A stretch of DNA of 55,003 nt, the filler included, from Sluysia triapertura (Eukaryota), in NCBI GenBank assembly GCA_046118255.1. It is 4 parts of 4 records of this genome, joined end to end, with 100 filler letters (N's around TTAATTAATTAA, not from the genome) between each part and the next. Parts side by side here need not be neighbours in the genome. Positions count along the whole stretch, not along the records: positions 11,799 to 24,996 come from JBJNIA010045460.1; positions 25,097 to 38,851 come from JBJNIA010022290.1; 2 more parts are not named here. One strand, given 5' to 3'. How positions within the stretch are numbered: the stretch's first letter is position 1; the number at the start of each line of letters is the position of its first letter. The position numbers and the translations under genes are program-made. This document shows, piece after piece, positions 12,839 through 25,955 of this stretch. The notes below the pieces were generated by a model that ran no database searches, was not told where the DNA came from, and saw only the letters and a list, made by a program, of their open reading frames with translations.

Positions 12839-14837
12839 AGTTACACAACTACATATAAATGATAGGTTATTAAACAATTTGCAGCAGAAAATAATGAAAA
12901 ATGTAATAAGAAATTAAAGTCTTCTATTTCAGAAATATTACAATGAATGATCTATTCGAAGCGCAACGTAAATAAAATAATAATAATAGTATTATTATTA
13001 CTAAAATAATTATAATAATAATTATAATTTTAATAATAATAGTAGTAATAATAATGATAATAATGATAATAGTAATAATAATAGTAATAAATATAATGAT
13101 AATGATAATAATAGTAAATATAGTAATATATAATAAATGTAGTAATAATAATAATTGTAATGATAATTATAATTACTAATTATTATTACTAATATATAAT
13201 TATTAATGCATATAATTCATAAATTTAATGAGTGCAACATTGACAATAATTAAAATTAATATTAAATGAAAATAATTTTTATTTTTCAATTATTAATTAT
13301 ATAATCAGCAATAATTAATAATTGTTTAATTGATATTTTAATTTTAAATCAACTTTAATTAATTTTTAATATTTTTTAAATTATGTTTTCATTATAACAT
13401 ATTATTAATTTTAATAATTATTATTTTAATTATGAATGTTATAATTAAGACTCATTTTTATAATTATTTATAAATTATTTATAATCAAAATTATTTATAA
13501 AGAAAGATAATTGCTGAACGGTTTGTAACTAATGCCATCTTCTAATGATTTTGTAATTTAATTTTAAAATAATCTGACTGCTCTTATTACTTATTCTTTT
13601 CTACTTGTTGCTATGGATGTTAATATCGTGATACGAGCTGTAAAATTGTATTTTAAAGAGAATTTAAGTCTGTGTTTAAGTTCGGTTTTTCTTGAGGGCT
13701 TAATGTCATTAAAACCATCCAGTTTTAAACCTAAATTTGTTATGCTTCGAGTGTATTTGAGTGATGATTTTATTTCTTCAAATACTGTTTCTAAAACAAG
13801 TTCTAGTTTGACAGGATAATTCTTACACGCATAGGATATAGCATTTAACTTTTCGAGTTCTTTTTTAATTTTAATACTTGTATAATTTTAGTTTTCTTGG
13901 AGATTATACTAGATATTTTTAATTTAATAAGAGAATATAATGTCTTTAAATGTCTACTAAGGTTTCATTCAATTTTATCTATTATATTTAACGTTGATTT
14001 TATAAACATAGTACTATTACATTGAAATACAATTAACAAAAGGCTATAATGAAAATTTATTATATAATTAAAATTTCTAGTTGAACTGAATTGTAAGAAT
14101 GATTTGTTTACTAGCATCATCCAGGAGACTCCCACCTCGTGTTTGCGAGGAACCTTTCGTGCATGAAAGATGAAACATCAATATACAAAAATCCAACAAA
14201 TTCAAATCTCATTAAAAATCATGTCAACTCAATTTGGTGCTGTTTATTAGAAATAAGTAAAGAAGATATAGCATTACGAAATGAAATACTAAAAAATTAT
14301 ATAAAAATTAATGATACAATCAATGTTCTTAAAATGTCACAAGAACAACATGTAGGAAGTATTTGATCTGCGACAATTTTACTGTATAATTTTTAAATTT
14401 ACCAGTATGAAGAAAGATAAAAGTAGCTCATGTACACCAATTTGGTACATATTAGATGATGTATCGACTGTTAATTTTATTATTTTGTGTCGCTAATATA
14501 TATATATATATAATCTGTTTATTTATATATATATCTGTTTATTTATTAAATATTTATCCAAGATATAAACACGAAATACAAATTAATACTCATTCTAACC
14601 AATATAAAACACTCAATCAATCAGAATGATCTAATCAAAAAACAAACCAATTCATTAACACCAAATCCAAATTTAATGATACTCACCAGCGATTTTTCAA
14701 ATTACACGAGCGCGAGCAAACCAGTAAACTGGTATTCCGGGAGGTGGTGGGTTATTTATCGCGGACATTAATGCAAATTAATTTTGATTTTGATTAATAC
14801 TTCTCTTGATCTTAGTGCTCAATATTGTCAAGTTTCA

Positions 14838-15231
14838 TACCATACCAAAAGTTTCAGACACACATAAGACCAGATTTTTTAGTGTCAATGTACGCTCTTG
14901 ATCCACTTTTGTTAATATTTGATCTTTTATTTCGAGCTTAAGTTTAGATCTTCTGTCACTTCCACATTTTCCCGGTATTATAAAGCCTATTTGTAAATAT
15001 CTTTGCGCTGTTGTATTAATTGTTAGATATGGTTTATCACATATTAAACTGATTGACTTAGTAGAATATCCTTCAAGTGTTTTTCGAATTATTCTTTCTT
15101 TGTCATCATTGGCTGAAACAGTAATTTTTCATGTGCTTCATGTAATAATGTAATACTGTTGCTTTATGGATGGTAGCTTGATCGCTGTTTGTGTTTTCGC
15201 AGTTTACATTGTTGTTATGTGGAAATGACAT
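14838..15231 (-). mobile_element. IS630/Tc1-family transposase N-terminal (paired HTH) fragment, pseudogene
   Basis: Minus-strand translation NDDKERIIRKTLEGYSTKSISLICDKPYLTINTTAQRYLQIGFIIPGKCGSDRRSKLKLEIKDQILTKVDQERTLTLKNLV matches the HTH-linker(GGDRRSKL)-HTH pattern of IS630/Tc1 transposases. The DDE domain is absent. Confidence 0.75.
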
Positions 15232-17354
15232 GGATTGTCTAATTTTTAAATTTTTTAAACGATATTTTTATTTTTATTTGATTTATTAAATTTAAATTCT
15301 TTTCTCATAATTTATTTAATTGATTCCAGAGATTATTTGATTGATCGAAAACCCTATGCTATTATTATTAAATTATCTTTAATGGTTATATATCTCTTTA
15401 TCTCAATTTTTTCTTGCATAATCTTTACTTAGGTTTGGAATTGAAGCGTAAGTTAAAAATGTCAGATGAAAACTGTTAAAGGATGATCTGTATGGCAAAA
15501 CTATTCAATGCAACGTTATTTTAATAGATTCAAGAAAGGAATAGTTAAATGAATAATGTTGCTAGTTAATAGATTGTGTATTTGTAAGATACAGAGTGTA
15601 TGAAGAACTTTTTGATGAACTCTGAATGTGACTAAGATTGCTGAGTGTTTTGAGTTGGAGGATGTTTGAGTTTTACTATGGAGTTCTTTTGTATGTAGCA
15701 TTTATATTTTATGTATAATCTTGTATTTTTTTATGAATGGTGGATGCATTGAACAATGTAAATTATGGATAATGTGATAATAATAATAATAATAATAATA
15801 ATGATCTTGATGATAATGGAGATGGTTATATGATAATGATGATGATGAAGAAGAAATTTAAAATGATCTATAAATAATTTAAAGAAATGTTAAAATAAAA
15901 TAATGGCCATATAATTACAAATATATTGTTGGCTTTGGTTAATGCTGAAATAGACATAAGGGTTATAGCGTATAGTATAAGAATAAAATAAGTATTATTG
16001 AGGAAGTGTGCGAAACATTATAGCGAATTGCATTATTGGAATAAAATATTTAAAATATTTAAATAAAAATAAAAGCAAGAAAGAATCTTTTATAAGGTTT
16101 TACTTGTTAAAATATAAAAGTACATTTATTAATTAATTTAATTAAACATTGTTTAATTTAATAATTTCGTGAAACATGACTGCATATGAATAATAAAATT
16201 AATAATATTATAATTAAAATAATATAATTAATTATAATAATAATGATAATANNNNNNNNNNNNNNNNNNNNNNNNNNNNNNNNNNNNNNNNNNNNNNNNN
16301 NNNNNNNNNNNNNNNNNNNNNNNNNNNNNNNNNNNNNNNNNNNNNNNNNNNNNNNNNNNNNNNNNNNNNNNNNNNNNNNNNNNNNNNNNNNNNNNNNNNN
16401 NNNNNNNNNNNNNNNTTATTAAGTAATGATGTATTAATTTCTTTAAATAATATTTTAAATAATCTTTTTAATTGACAAATCTCAGTATAATGAAGCTTTC
16501 TGTTGCTTGTAATGGATTTTGCCACCACCATTATCATCTTATCATCGTAATCACAATCTACAATGGATTCGTCTTGAGAATATGCGAGATAAGTCAGTAA
16601 TTAATAAAATTATAATTGATTATACTACACTTTATTATCATAATAATTATTATCATCATCATTATTATTATTACTATTATTATTATTATCATTACCACTA
16701 TTGCTATTATTATTTTCTTCATTCACGCTATCTCAGAAAATTCTTTCTCCGCATCTCCAAATATCAAGTCTTTATTATTATTTGTTCCTTCAGTTAGAAA
16801 CTTCATAAAGTACCTTGAAACATTGCATCATTCAATTATAATTCAGTGAAACTGCAACATTTTCATACGTTACTCTCTGTTTTGTTCATTGTTGTCAGTA
16901 TAAGAATAATAATAATAGTAATAATAATAAGTGTATTCCCTCATTATTTACAACACTGTCTTATTTTGTGCTCGTAATCAATTGTTTCCCATAAGATCCA
17001 GTCTGTCACATATTAATAATGAGCAGATTAAATGGTTGTACTTCTTTTCAATATTAATAATAATGATAATATTAATAATAATAATAATGATAATTATAAT
17101 AATGTAATATAATATAATAATAGTAATAGTAATATTTAGTGAAATACATTTACCGTTAGCTTTTACGAAGGTCTTTTTATTTATATGATGTTTATTAAAA
17201 TTTTAAAGCACGAAATTCGACAAATTTTTATTTACTTGTTTTAAAATTTTAATAGTCAGCCTAACAAAATTGCAGGCTTTATTAATAAACAACAACAATA
17301 TAAGAATGACACAACGTTAGCACGAAACATGCATGTAACAAATAATAGATAACG

Positions 17355-18170
17355 TACAGTAGTGCTCGAAATTAGAAAATAAAAGGATATTGTTCATAGA
17401 CAAATTGTGGCCATAAGAGATAAAATTTTCAAAATTAAAGTTTTACTACTATTAATACAAAATGCATTGTATTGCAAATTTTGATGCATTAAAATTACAA
17501 AAACTAGATAAATTTCAAAGCGATTCTTTAGAATATAATGAATATAAAAGTAGCATACTTCTTTCAGAGTTATTTATTATTTGTAAGTCGACGAACGAAA
17601 AAATATGAACAATTCTTCGTAATTGAAGAGTTAGTTGTAAATTCTTTTTTGTACAAGATAGATTAAGTAGAGTAACAACTACCGAATCTTTCGTAGAGTT
17701 TGTATACCAGATTGATGAATGATTGATATGGTAGAATACTTAATACAGTATCTAACATAATCATTATTTCTTTTTTTCATATGCAAGAAATGCTGTGAAA
17801 CTTGAAGATTTGTTGGCAGTACATTGTGCGGAAGTTCACTGGCATCGCCGAATACAGAGTGCCGTGTTACGCTTCTTGTAGCCATTAAGTTACAATATAT
17901 TATAAATAAATAACCTACAATCGAAATAAACAACAGGCATGCAAATTAGAAGCAAAATATACATAATAAATCTTAAAATTAGTAAAGTAATAATAGAATG
18001 CATCAAGCTGAAAATGCTGGTTAATGCAATTTTTCAGATTTAAAAATGGGGCACTTCCTGTAATACAAAAGCAATTTAAAATTTTGTTTCTTATTTCAGA
18101 AGTCATTTGTCAAATAAATACGGAGTTCCGTAATGATATTCCGATATTTACTCTTTTTCAACCCACCCTA
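17355..18170 (-). mobile_element. DNA transposon remnant, possibly Sola2-like, with transposase N-terminus only
   Basis: ORF 17679-17933 contains MATRSVTRHSVFGDASELPHNVLPTNLQV, similar to N-termini I associate with invertebrate Sola2-type transposases. A terminus-like GGGTGGGTTG reads on the minus strand from about 18168. Confidence 0.4.
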
Positions 18171-18939
18171 ATAATTATTGATCTATTGATCATTTTTTAT
18201 TAATTATTTCTATATTTATGCACAAATATCCGAATGAACATTTTATTAAAGTATTCAAAATTCATTTTTAATTTATTTATTTATTATGTTATGTAATAAA
18301 TTGGCAGATTGAAAAAACAATTACGCTAATTTTATAAATCGATGCTAAATACTTTAATTTTGTATATATTTGATAACTTTTATATACAACTTTTAAACAA
18401 ATAAATATTTGCTTAAAACATATTAAGTTAGAGTTTGACAAACGAATTTTTAATACAATTTTTAACACAAAATACTATTTAGTATAAAAAATAATGTTAC
18501 CTTTACCGCTAACATTAATATGTTATTTGACCAGAAAAATAACTTGTTAATAAATTATGTATTGTAGAAAAAATAGATACAGTACTTCATTTATGAAAAA
18601 TAATAAAGTACAACTAAAATCACTTATTTTGGAATTTTAAATCAAGAGTTTGTATAAGTTACTCGTTATTTTATTTTAATTTCGGTAAGAATAAAGAACG
18701 CTCGGTATTTCAGCTGAATTTGAAATAAAATCAATAAATGTGACTCAATATAAATATCATTTTAATAAAACAATTTTTGTAAAATCATTACAGAATTCCT
18801 TGATACAATTAAATCTGAAATAACATGATTATACAAATTTAAAATGCTAATGATGCAGTTATCTTACGCGAAGATTTAATTTTAATAGATTTGATAAAGG
18901 AATAATATATACAGCAGATAACTTTCCTTTACTGAATAA

Positions 18940-19110
18940 AGCTGTAAATCACATTTACATTTATTTGAATTTAATTGAACCGATTTATGTCTGGAAAACA
19001 TTACCATTATTGAGATCTATTTGGTTAGAAAATACTAAACAACATGAAAATTGTGATACAGTTACTCCGATCATCTATAAACAATATTCACGACGAACAA
19101 TTTATTTTTC
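18940..19110 (+). mobile_element. Polinton/Maverick minor capsid (penton) fragment, pseudogene
   Basis: NHIYI..LIEPIYV-GKTLPLLRSIWL..IYK..SRRTI matches the penton motif YxYCDxIEPxxVGxxxxPLLR. Confidence 0.65.
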
Positions 19111-19239
19111 ATAAGGAAGTAAAGCAAGTTTAACAATTCATTTACAAAAACCAGAAATGGATGGTGGATTACCATATGATAGTTGGTGGTTAGGAACACT
19201 CAGATTTTCCTTTGATTAAGCGAGTTAGACGATTTTTAA

Positions 19240-19795
19240 GTAGAACTGTAGAAGATGTATTAATTAATGAAAGACCAATAGTCTTAGTTGGACATCAATT
19301 ACGTCTACAAAAATCAAAGGCAATATATCCATTTCGTCAAACGAAACTTGTAATGTATACCAAAAGGACTTTGATTTTGTAAAGATTTTGGTGATTCACG
19401 ATTATCGAAATTTATTTTGCTTACATTTGAAACTATTGAAAAAACCGCATTAAGTTTTGCACATGGTAATATCGAATCAATCAGTCTAAGTCGAAAGACA
19501 GACTATCGAGAAACTTATGTAGTGAATTTTGATAATATTCTATATACAATAAATTATTAGAAACATGGGATATCTTAATAATAATATAAATAATGGAATA
19601 GGAATGGCTGATTTCAAACTAGAATATCCTTTTTTACGTTTGTACTTGCATCTGATTTTGATAACGACCATAAACAACGAAATTTGAGTAGATCTTAAAT
19701 TTGCTAAAGAATTAGAAGAACCAACAACTGTTTTGATTTATGATGTATTCGATAATGAAATACAAATAAATAATAACTTTCTAATTATATTGTAA
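19240..19795 (+). mobile_element. Polinton/Maverick major capsid protein (double jelly-roll) C-terminal part, pseudogene
   Basis: VGHQLRLQKSKAIYPFRQTK, FAHGNIESISL, MGYLNNNINNGIGMADFK..F, and VDLKFAKELEEPTTVLIYDVFDNEIQINNN. The last matches the conserved MCP C-terminus (ELKFxxxL..YxEFDNxIEI). Confidence 0.8.
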
Positions 19796-19879
19796 ATGAA
19801 GTAAGTTTTTATTTTTATTATAATTTAATTAGTTCTGTACAGATTATTCACGTTAGAGCTGCTCTACTTGAAAATCAGT

Positions 19880-20088
19880 TTAACCTTCCGTCTACCAAAA
19901 AAAGTATGTATGCATTGCGTACCATGCGGGTCCGTTGGACCCATAAAATAACAAAGTTAATTTTTTCATTAAAGATATTTATATAAAAAGTCAGGAAGTC
20001 AAAACACTTCATGTAACATATTACTAGAAAATAACTACTGAAATTTACTCTCGGGTCCATTCGATCAGACTGGTAGGCAGAAGATTAA
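19880..20088. mobile_element. piggyBac-type MITE with TTAA target-site duplication
   Basis: TTAA at 19880-19883 and 20085-20088. TIRs ccttccgtctacc / ggtaggcagaaga match at 10/13 positions. Subterminal CGGGTC-n-GACCC palindromes at about 19927 and, degenerate, at 20052. Confidence 0.75.
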
Positions 20089-20840
20089 ATAAGTATACGA
20101 ACTGGACGAAAATCAGTCATACTTGGATGAAGGTAGTTACTTTGTAATTTAGATGGTAAACGATGGCTTGCAATTTATGTGTGGAATCTTTTGGTTTTTA
20201 TTGTCCAAATTCATTAGTTACTTGTCTTATTCAAATTGGTAAACCGCTGTGCATTTCAATGACAAATAATTAAAAATATACCAACACATATTGTGGACAA
20301 TCACGTATCTTATGGTCGCGTTAAGAATATTTGAGTAAATAATTTTATTTAAATGTATATTAGAGTATGTTAACTGCAATAAGCATAGAATTTCACAGGT
20401 ATAACTAAGGCATCCGTAGAACCGTATGGGTATGTTACATATAATATTATAAATCACTTTCTTGTATCAATTTATAAGTGTCGTTGGTTGTCAGATTAAG
20501 TGACTCATTCTTCTGATTAACTGATCTCTAAAATCGACTTTGACCACTTAAAATAAGCTCCTTTCAAATATCATAAGTAACTCCATATACGTGCAAATAC
20601 AATAAGCTCCACTCGTGTGAAATACAATGAAAATTAAAATAGTTTTTCCAATTAATTTACACCAAATCCAAATTTAATATAAAGCTCAACAAAGAACAAA
20701 TCAGAACGATCTAATTCATAATAAAAAACGAATTGCATGCATAAATAATTTGTGTACAAAAAATTATAACATCATGTGCAATATGAAACATACTCACAAT
20801 AATGATAATAATGATAATAATAATATTGAGAATAATAATG

Positions 20841-20879
<39 letters not shown>

Positions 20880-22107
20880 TTTCAGTAAAAAGAACTACCA
20901 GATTAAACAGGAGGTTCATGAATCTATTCTCAGAAATGAAGAATAATCGAAAACATTCTGGTCCTAGCTTGCTTCGATTCGGATGAAGTCTGAAAATGGA
21001 GATCACACTGAATTCTGCCGAAATATTGTTTAAATTATGATAAATTCATTCATTTGTTCTAGTTGTTCTGTTTTTACAAACGCGATTAATAAATATAAAA
21101 CAATCGGTCAGAGTAATTCATGGTGTATTCCTTGTTTATGCATGCCCTTTCTGACACATTTTCTAGTCTTGAAGAGTCTGGGATCAGTAAAATGAGATTG
21201 ATGTTCAAGCAGACGATAATATGATAGATGATTTGAGAAGAGTGTACTTGAAAATTAAAATTACTGTTGCGACATATATTTTCATAACATTTTCGATACT
21301 TTGTATACATTTTGTCAATTTGTAAGTAATACATTTTCGATTTCATTATAGCATTAACTCAAACTCAGATGCCGCTTGTTCTGCCCGTCTTGCCGAACTC
21401 GTAAATAACACAATCTGGGCTGTTCAGTTCCGGTTCCTGTGCTACTTTCTGTTGATTCAAACATGACTCATCATATGATTATTAATGTTTCTTTTGAATT
21501 GATCTGCTGCCTCTGCATTTTGTATCAATTGTGCTTCTACATCATCATTTTAGGACGTAATTCTTGTAACCCTAACCTAACATCTAGAACATCTTCATAA
21601 GTATTTCTACTAGAATTTGTAAAAATAATACCTTTTAAAATCATTCTTTAATCTAGAGATGTTAGAAGTCCATTTTTCTGTTTGGAAATTCAATCGACCT
21701 AGAAACTTATTTGATTATGCCAAAATTCAGTTTGTTTAATGAATACCATGATACGTGTCTTGATGTCCAGCAGTAGTTGTACTTTTAGGTACCTAATGAA
21801 TGACTGGACAAAGTCCGCCAGTAAAATTTATTTTGATTTTCGTAATTTGATTGAATTATTTAATTATCTCCAAAAAATGACGTTCAAATTTGTATTTGTC
21901 AGTTGGCAGAAGTCTACATTTTCACTGTGATTCTAATTTAAGATCGCGGAAACAAAATATTTATCTAAATTTAATATAAACAGATGAGCTTTTGTATATT
22001 TATACATTTTATTGATAAAAATGATTAAATTAACAATGCTATCGAATATTAGACATATTTCGTATTTATAAATTAATTACAATACTTCAACAGGATGATT
22101 AAACATG

Positions 22108-22822
22108 AAAAATATTACAATAAAAATTATTAAATAGGGAAAATACTACAATATAGATAATTAAATAAGGAAAATATTACAATAAGATAATTAAATAGAG
22201 AAAATATTACAATATGATAATTAAATATGAAAAATATTACAATAAGATAATTAAATATGAAAAATATTACAATAAGATAATTAAGTAAGGAAAATATTAC
22301 AATATGATAATTAAATATGAAAAATATTACAATAAGATAATTAAATAAGGAAAAGATTACAATAAGATAATTAAATAAGGAAAAGATTACAATAAGATAA
22401 TTAAATAAGGAAAATATTACAATAAGATAATTAAATAGGGAAAATATTACAATATAGATAATTTAATATGAAAAATATTGCAATAAGATAATTCAATATG
22501 AAAAATATTACAATAAATATGATTAATATGTAAAATATTACAATATAGATAATTAAATAGGAAAGTATTACATAGGATGATTAATATGTAAGCTATTACA
22601 ATAAGATAATTAAATATTACATAGGATGATTAATATGTACGATATTACAATATAGATAATTAAATATGAAAATATCACAATAAAGATAATTAATATGTAA
22701 AATATTACAATAAGATAATTAAATATTACATAGGATGATTAATATGTACGATATTACAATAGAGATAATTAAATAGGGAAAATATTATAATAAGATGATT
22801 AATATGTAAAGTATTGCAATAC
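22108..22822 (+). repeat. About 30-bp AT-rich minisatellite (unit AAAATATTACAATAAGATAATTAAATAWGR), roughly 24 copies
   Basis: Head-to-tail repeats, homogeneous from 22171 to 22440 and more divergent distally. There are no unique spacers. Confidence 0.95.
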
Positions 22823-22826
22823 AGAT

Positions 22827-23050
22827 TGTAGTGAACTCTACTCATACGCGACACAATCACATGCACAACCCTCACAAATTAACTTTTCATGCACCAATAA
22901 AACACTAAATATATTGTCTGATTTATACAAAACACACACGCACAATCATAATGTACAGTCTTTGTTGTTTCGTTTAAAGTTAAAATTCCTACAAAGTATC
23001 AGTCCCTCAAGAGCGAAATCATGACGCGCAAGACTTTGAACGTTTATTCA
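22827..23050. mobile_element. Solo LTR (TG...CA) with 6-bp target-site duplication ACAGAT
   Basis: Starts TGTAGTGAAC and ends GTTTATTCA. ACAGAT occurs at 22821-22826 and 23051-23056. Shares motifs with the LTR-like segment at 45073-45420. Confidence 0.6.
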
Positions 23051-24996
23051 ACAGATATGATTAATTCAAAAATGTGTTTAAAAATTTAGACAAATAGCAA
23101 AATATAATTAATTCAGTTTAAGTAGTGCTTAAAAGATACAATCCTTCAGCACTTCGTGATATTAAATAAAAGTTAACTTAGCCATTAAGATACGACAGTT
23201 AAAATTTAAGTATAATTTTTGTTCTCCTATTTAAAGTGAGAACGTTAAAACTTATTAAAAATAATCTTACTTGTTACTCATAGAAAAATGATTTAAAGAC
23301 TGTTATTATTAATTCCAGAGACTGTTGAAATTGAAATTGAAATCAAAATTGATTAATAAAATGACTTCTAAATTCCACTATCTATTTATAGTAAAATTTA
23401 GACAGCCATATTGAATATTTTGATAGTAATTAATTTAAACAAAATTAATAACTTTTTTTAATATTAAAATTTTACAAAAATTAACTAATTTATTCATTTA
23501 CAAATATTAAATTATTTGTTCCATTTTTTAAATTATTTACATAATTTAAAATTACTTTATTTGCAAGTTAATTTAATTTATTTACAATTTGTAATTTATT
23601 TAATAATTAATTTAATATAAATAATACATAAATAACATAATAATAAAACTCAACAAATAAAACTGAACTTCCTAGCTCGTACTACATTAATTTTGTATAT
23701 TAATTTATCTGTCTTTATTATTTTCTTAAACGGAGGACATAAATTAATATTTTTTGATGGCCCAGCTTAAAATAACATTGAGTTAATTTTATTGCTAATA
23801 ACCATGAATTGTTTACGGGCTTAATCCTTTAACCTGATATAATGTCTTCCTGTCTTGTGTCATGCAATGTCTTTAATATTCTTTCATTCTGCGATATTTA
23901 AAATGTTACTGTTCAAAATTTCTATCCATAATTATTGGTTAAATTATATCATCAAGAATCGCCACAAAAACAAATATAAATTAAAAATTAAAGCTTATTC
24001 AGCTTTTAATTTCCTAATACAGGTTTTAAATAAAGATTTTAACGCTCATTAAATCTGGTTTAAAAACTTTTATAGAAATTATTTTTAGTATATTTTAATA
24101 TTTTTGTTAAATTTATTTTATATATTGCTCTTATTATAAGATAATTTTATTCGATTATAATGCTTTTAAAATTTACTTTCTATTTATACTATCTAATCAT
24201 TAATTTAAGTTAATTTTGATCGAATATAATGTTAAATTTCGATTGTTCACTGAATTTATTTAATCTTACTTTAATATGACTTTAAAATTTAATGTTTATA
24301 AATTTGGTTCTCATTGTTTCTATTTAATCTCAATTTAAATTAATTATTTTTTGTAATTTCCATTTAAATAATTGTTATTTCTTACTATTTTTTTAAATAA
24401 TCACAATTTAGGATAATTATTTTCTTCATTAAAGCATTTTAATCGTAATAGTTATAAATTTAAATTTACAAATTTTTACATATTATTTTATATTTTACCT
24501 TGGATATTANNNNNNNNNNNNNNNNNNNNNNNNNNNNNNNNNNNNNNNNNNNNNNNNNNNNNNNNNNNNNNNNNNNNNNNNNNNNNNNNNNNNNNNNNNN
24601 NNNNNNNNNNNNNNNNNNNNNNNNNNNNNNNNNNNNNNNNNNNNNNNNNNNNNNNNNNNNNNNNNNNNNNNNNNNNNNNNNNNNNNNNNNNNNNNNNNNN
24701 NNNNNNNNNNNNNNNNNNNNNNNNNNNNNNNNNNNNNNNNNNNNNNNNNNNNNNNNNNNNNNNNNNNNNNNNNNNNNNNNNNNNNNNNNNNNNNNNNNNN
24801 NNNNNNNNNNNNNNNNNNNNNNNNNNNNNNNNNNNNNNNNNNNNNNNNNNNNNNNNNNNNNNNNNNNNNNNNNNNNNNNNNNNNNNNNNNNNNNNNNNNN
24901 NNNNNNNNNNNNNNNNNNNNNNNNNNNNNNNNNNNNNNNNNNNNNNNNNNNNNNNNNNNNNNNNNNNNNNNNNNNNNNNNNNNNNNNTAATAATAA

Positions 24997-25096
24997 NNNN
25001 NNNNNNNNNNNNNNNNNNNNNNNNNNNNNNNNNNNNNNNNTTAATTAATTAANNNNNNNNNNNNNNNNNNNNNNNNNNNNNNNNNNNNNNNNNNNN
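24997..25096. other. Artificial scaffold join (N + TTAATTAATTAA + N)
   Basis: Same linker as at 11743 and 38896. Confidence 0.95.
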
Positions 25097-25741
25097 TCTC
25101 AATAATAATATGAACCGTTTATATTTCTCAATTATGGAACCGCCCATTAAAGAATGTCAAATCACTGGAAAATTATGAAATATTTAAGTCAGAAGACAAT
25201 ATGTTTTTTCCATTTCACAATTATTATGGGGAATGACATATTTTAAAGTAATTTTAAATAATTATTTCACATTTGTTTAAATTAATATATAAAAATGAAT
25301 AAAAAAATATCATCATTAATTATTAAAATTACGTTTCAAACAAAATAGATTAAAATTATTATTGTGTATATTTTATTTAAAATTATTTTTAATATTAATG
25401 AAGTAAATTTTAACAAATGGCCATTAATTAAATCTATCATAAAAGTGTCATTTTTGCCGCGAATAATTGTTTTACAATTTAATTATTTTTAATAATATAA
25501 TATTAATTATTAATTTGTATATTGATTATTTTTTTGAAATTTATATTAATATTTCATAAATATAAATATTAATACTTAATATTAGGACTTAAATATACGA
25601 TGTGCACTTATTGATGTGCCTAATTGCTTTATCTGCTTCATCTAATGTGACGACCAAACTTCATTATAATATAACTCCATTAAAAATAACGAACAATCTA
25701 ATAAACATTTATTCATAAAACAAAAATATACTATAGTATTT

Positions 25742-25855
25742 AATTTTTGAAATTTTCCACTAATGTTTGATTCACTAAGCCTTCTTCACCCGAAATAACT
25801 TTTGAGCAGAAATTATGTCTGTTTTTGAAATATTCAAGCCATTCATTTGATAATA
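25742..25855 (-). mobile_element. pogo/Tigger transposase fragment (end of CENP-B-type HTH)
   Basis: LSNEWLEYFKNRHNFCSKVISGEEGLVNQTLVENFKN matches the pogo motif SxGWLxxFKxRH..SGE. Confidence 0.75.
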
Positions 25856-25858
25856 TAA

Positions 25859-25955
25859 TGAGAAACGTGAGTCCCCTACAATCTTAGACTTATTCACTTA
25901 ATGGATAATTCGTAGGTAGAAATAAATTTACTTATACTGGAGGTTAATTTATTAT
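25859..25955. repeat. Short dispersed repeat (possible LTR end), copy 2, abutting the pogo fragment
   Basis: Similar to 9346-9440. Confidence 0.55.

Noticed and set aside
13590-14460. Unassigned open frames (minus-strand ELEKLNAISYACK...; plus-strand ...WYILDDV)
   Set aside because: No recognisable domain, start or splice structure.
16232-16849. ORFs with poly-X/Y/H/I runs (also 20750-21006, 24500-25048, 34144-34623 and 38900-39115)
   Set aside because: They are artefacts of N gaps and ATT/TA microsatellites.
22108-22822. CRISPR array
   Set aside because: The units are contiguous with no unique spacers, there are no cas genes, and the context is eukaryotic.
23740-23860. Fibronectin type III-like motif on the minus strand (TLYQVKGLSP..AGPS)
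   Set aside because: Too short and too disrupted to distinguish from chance.
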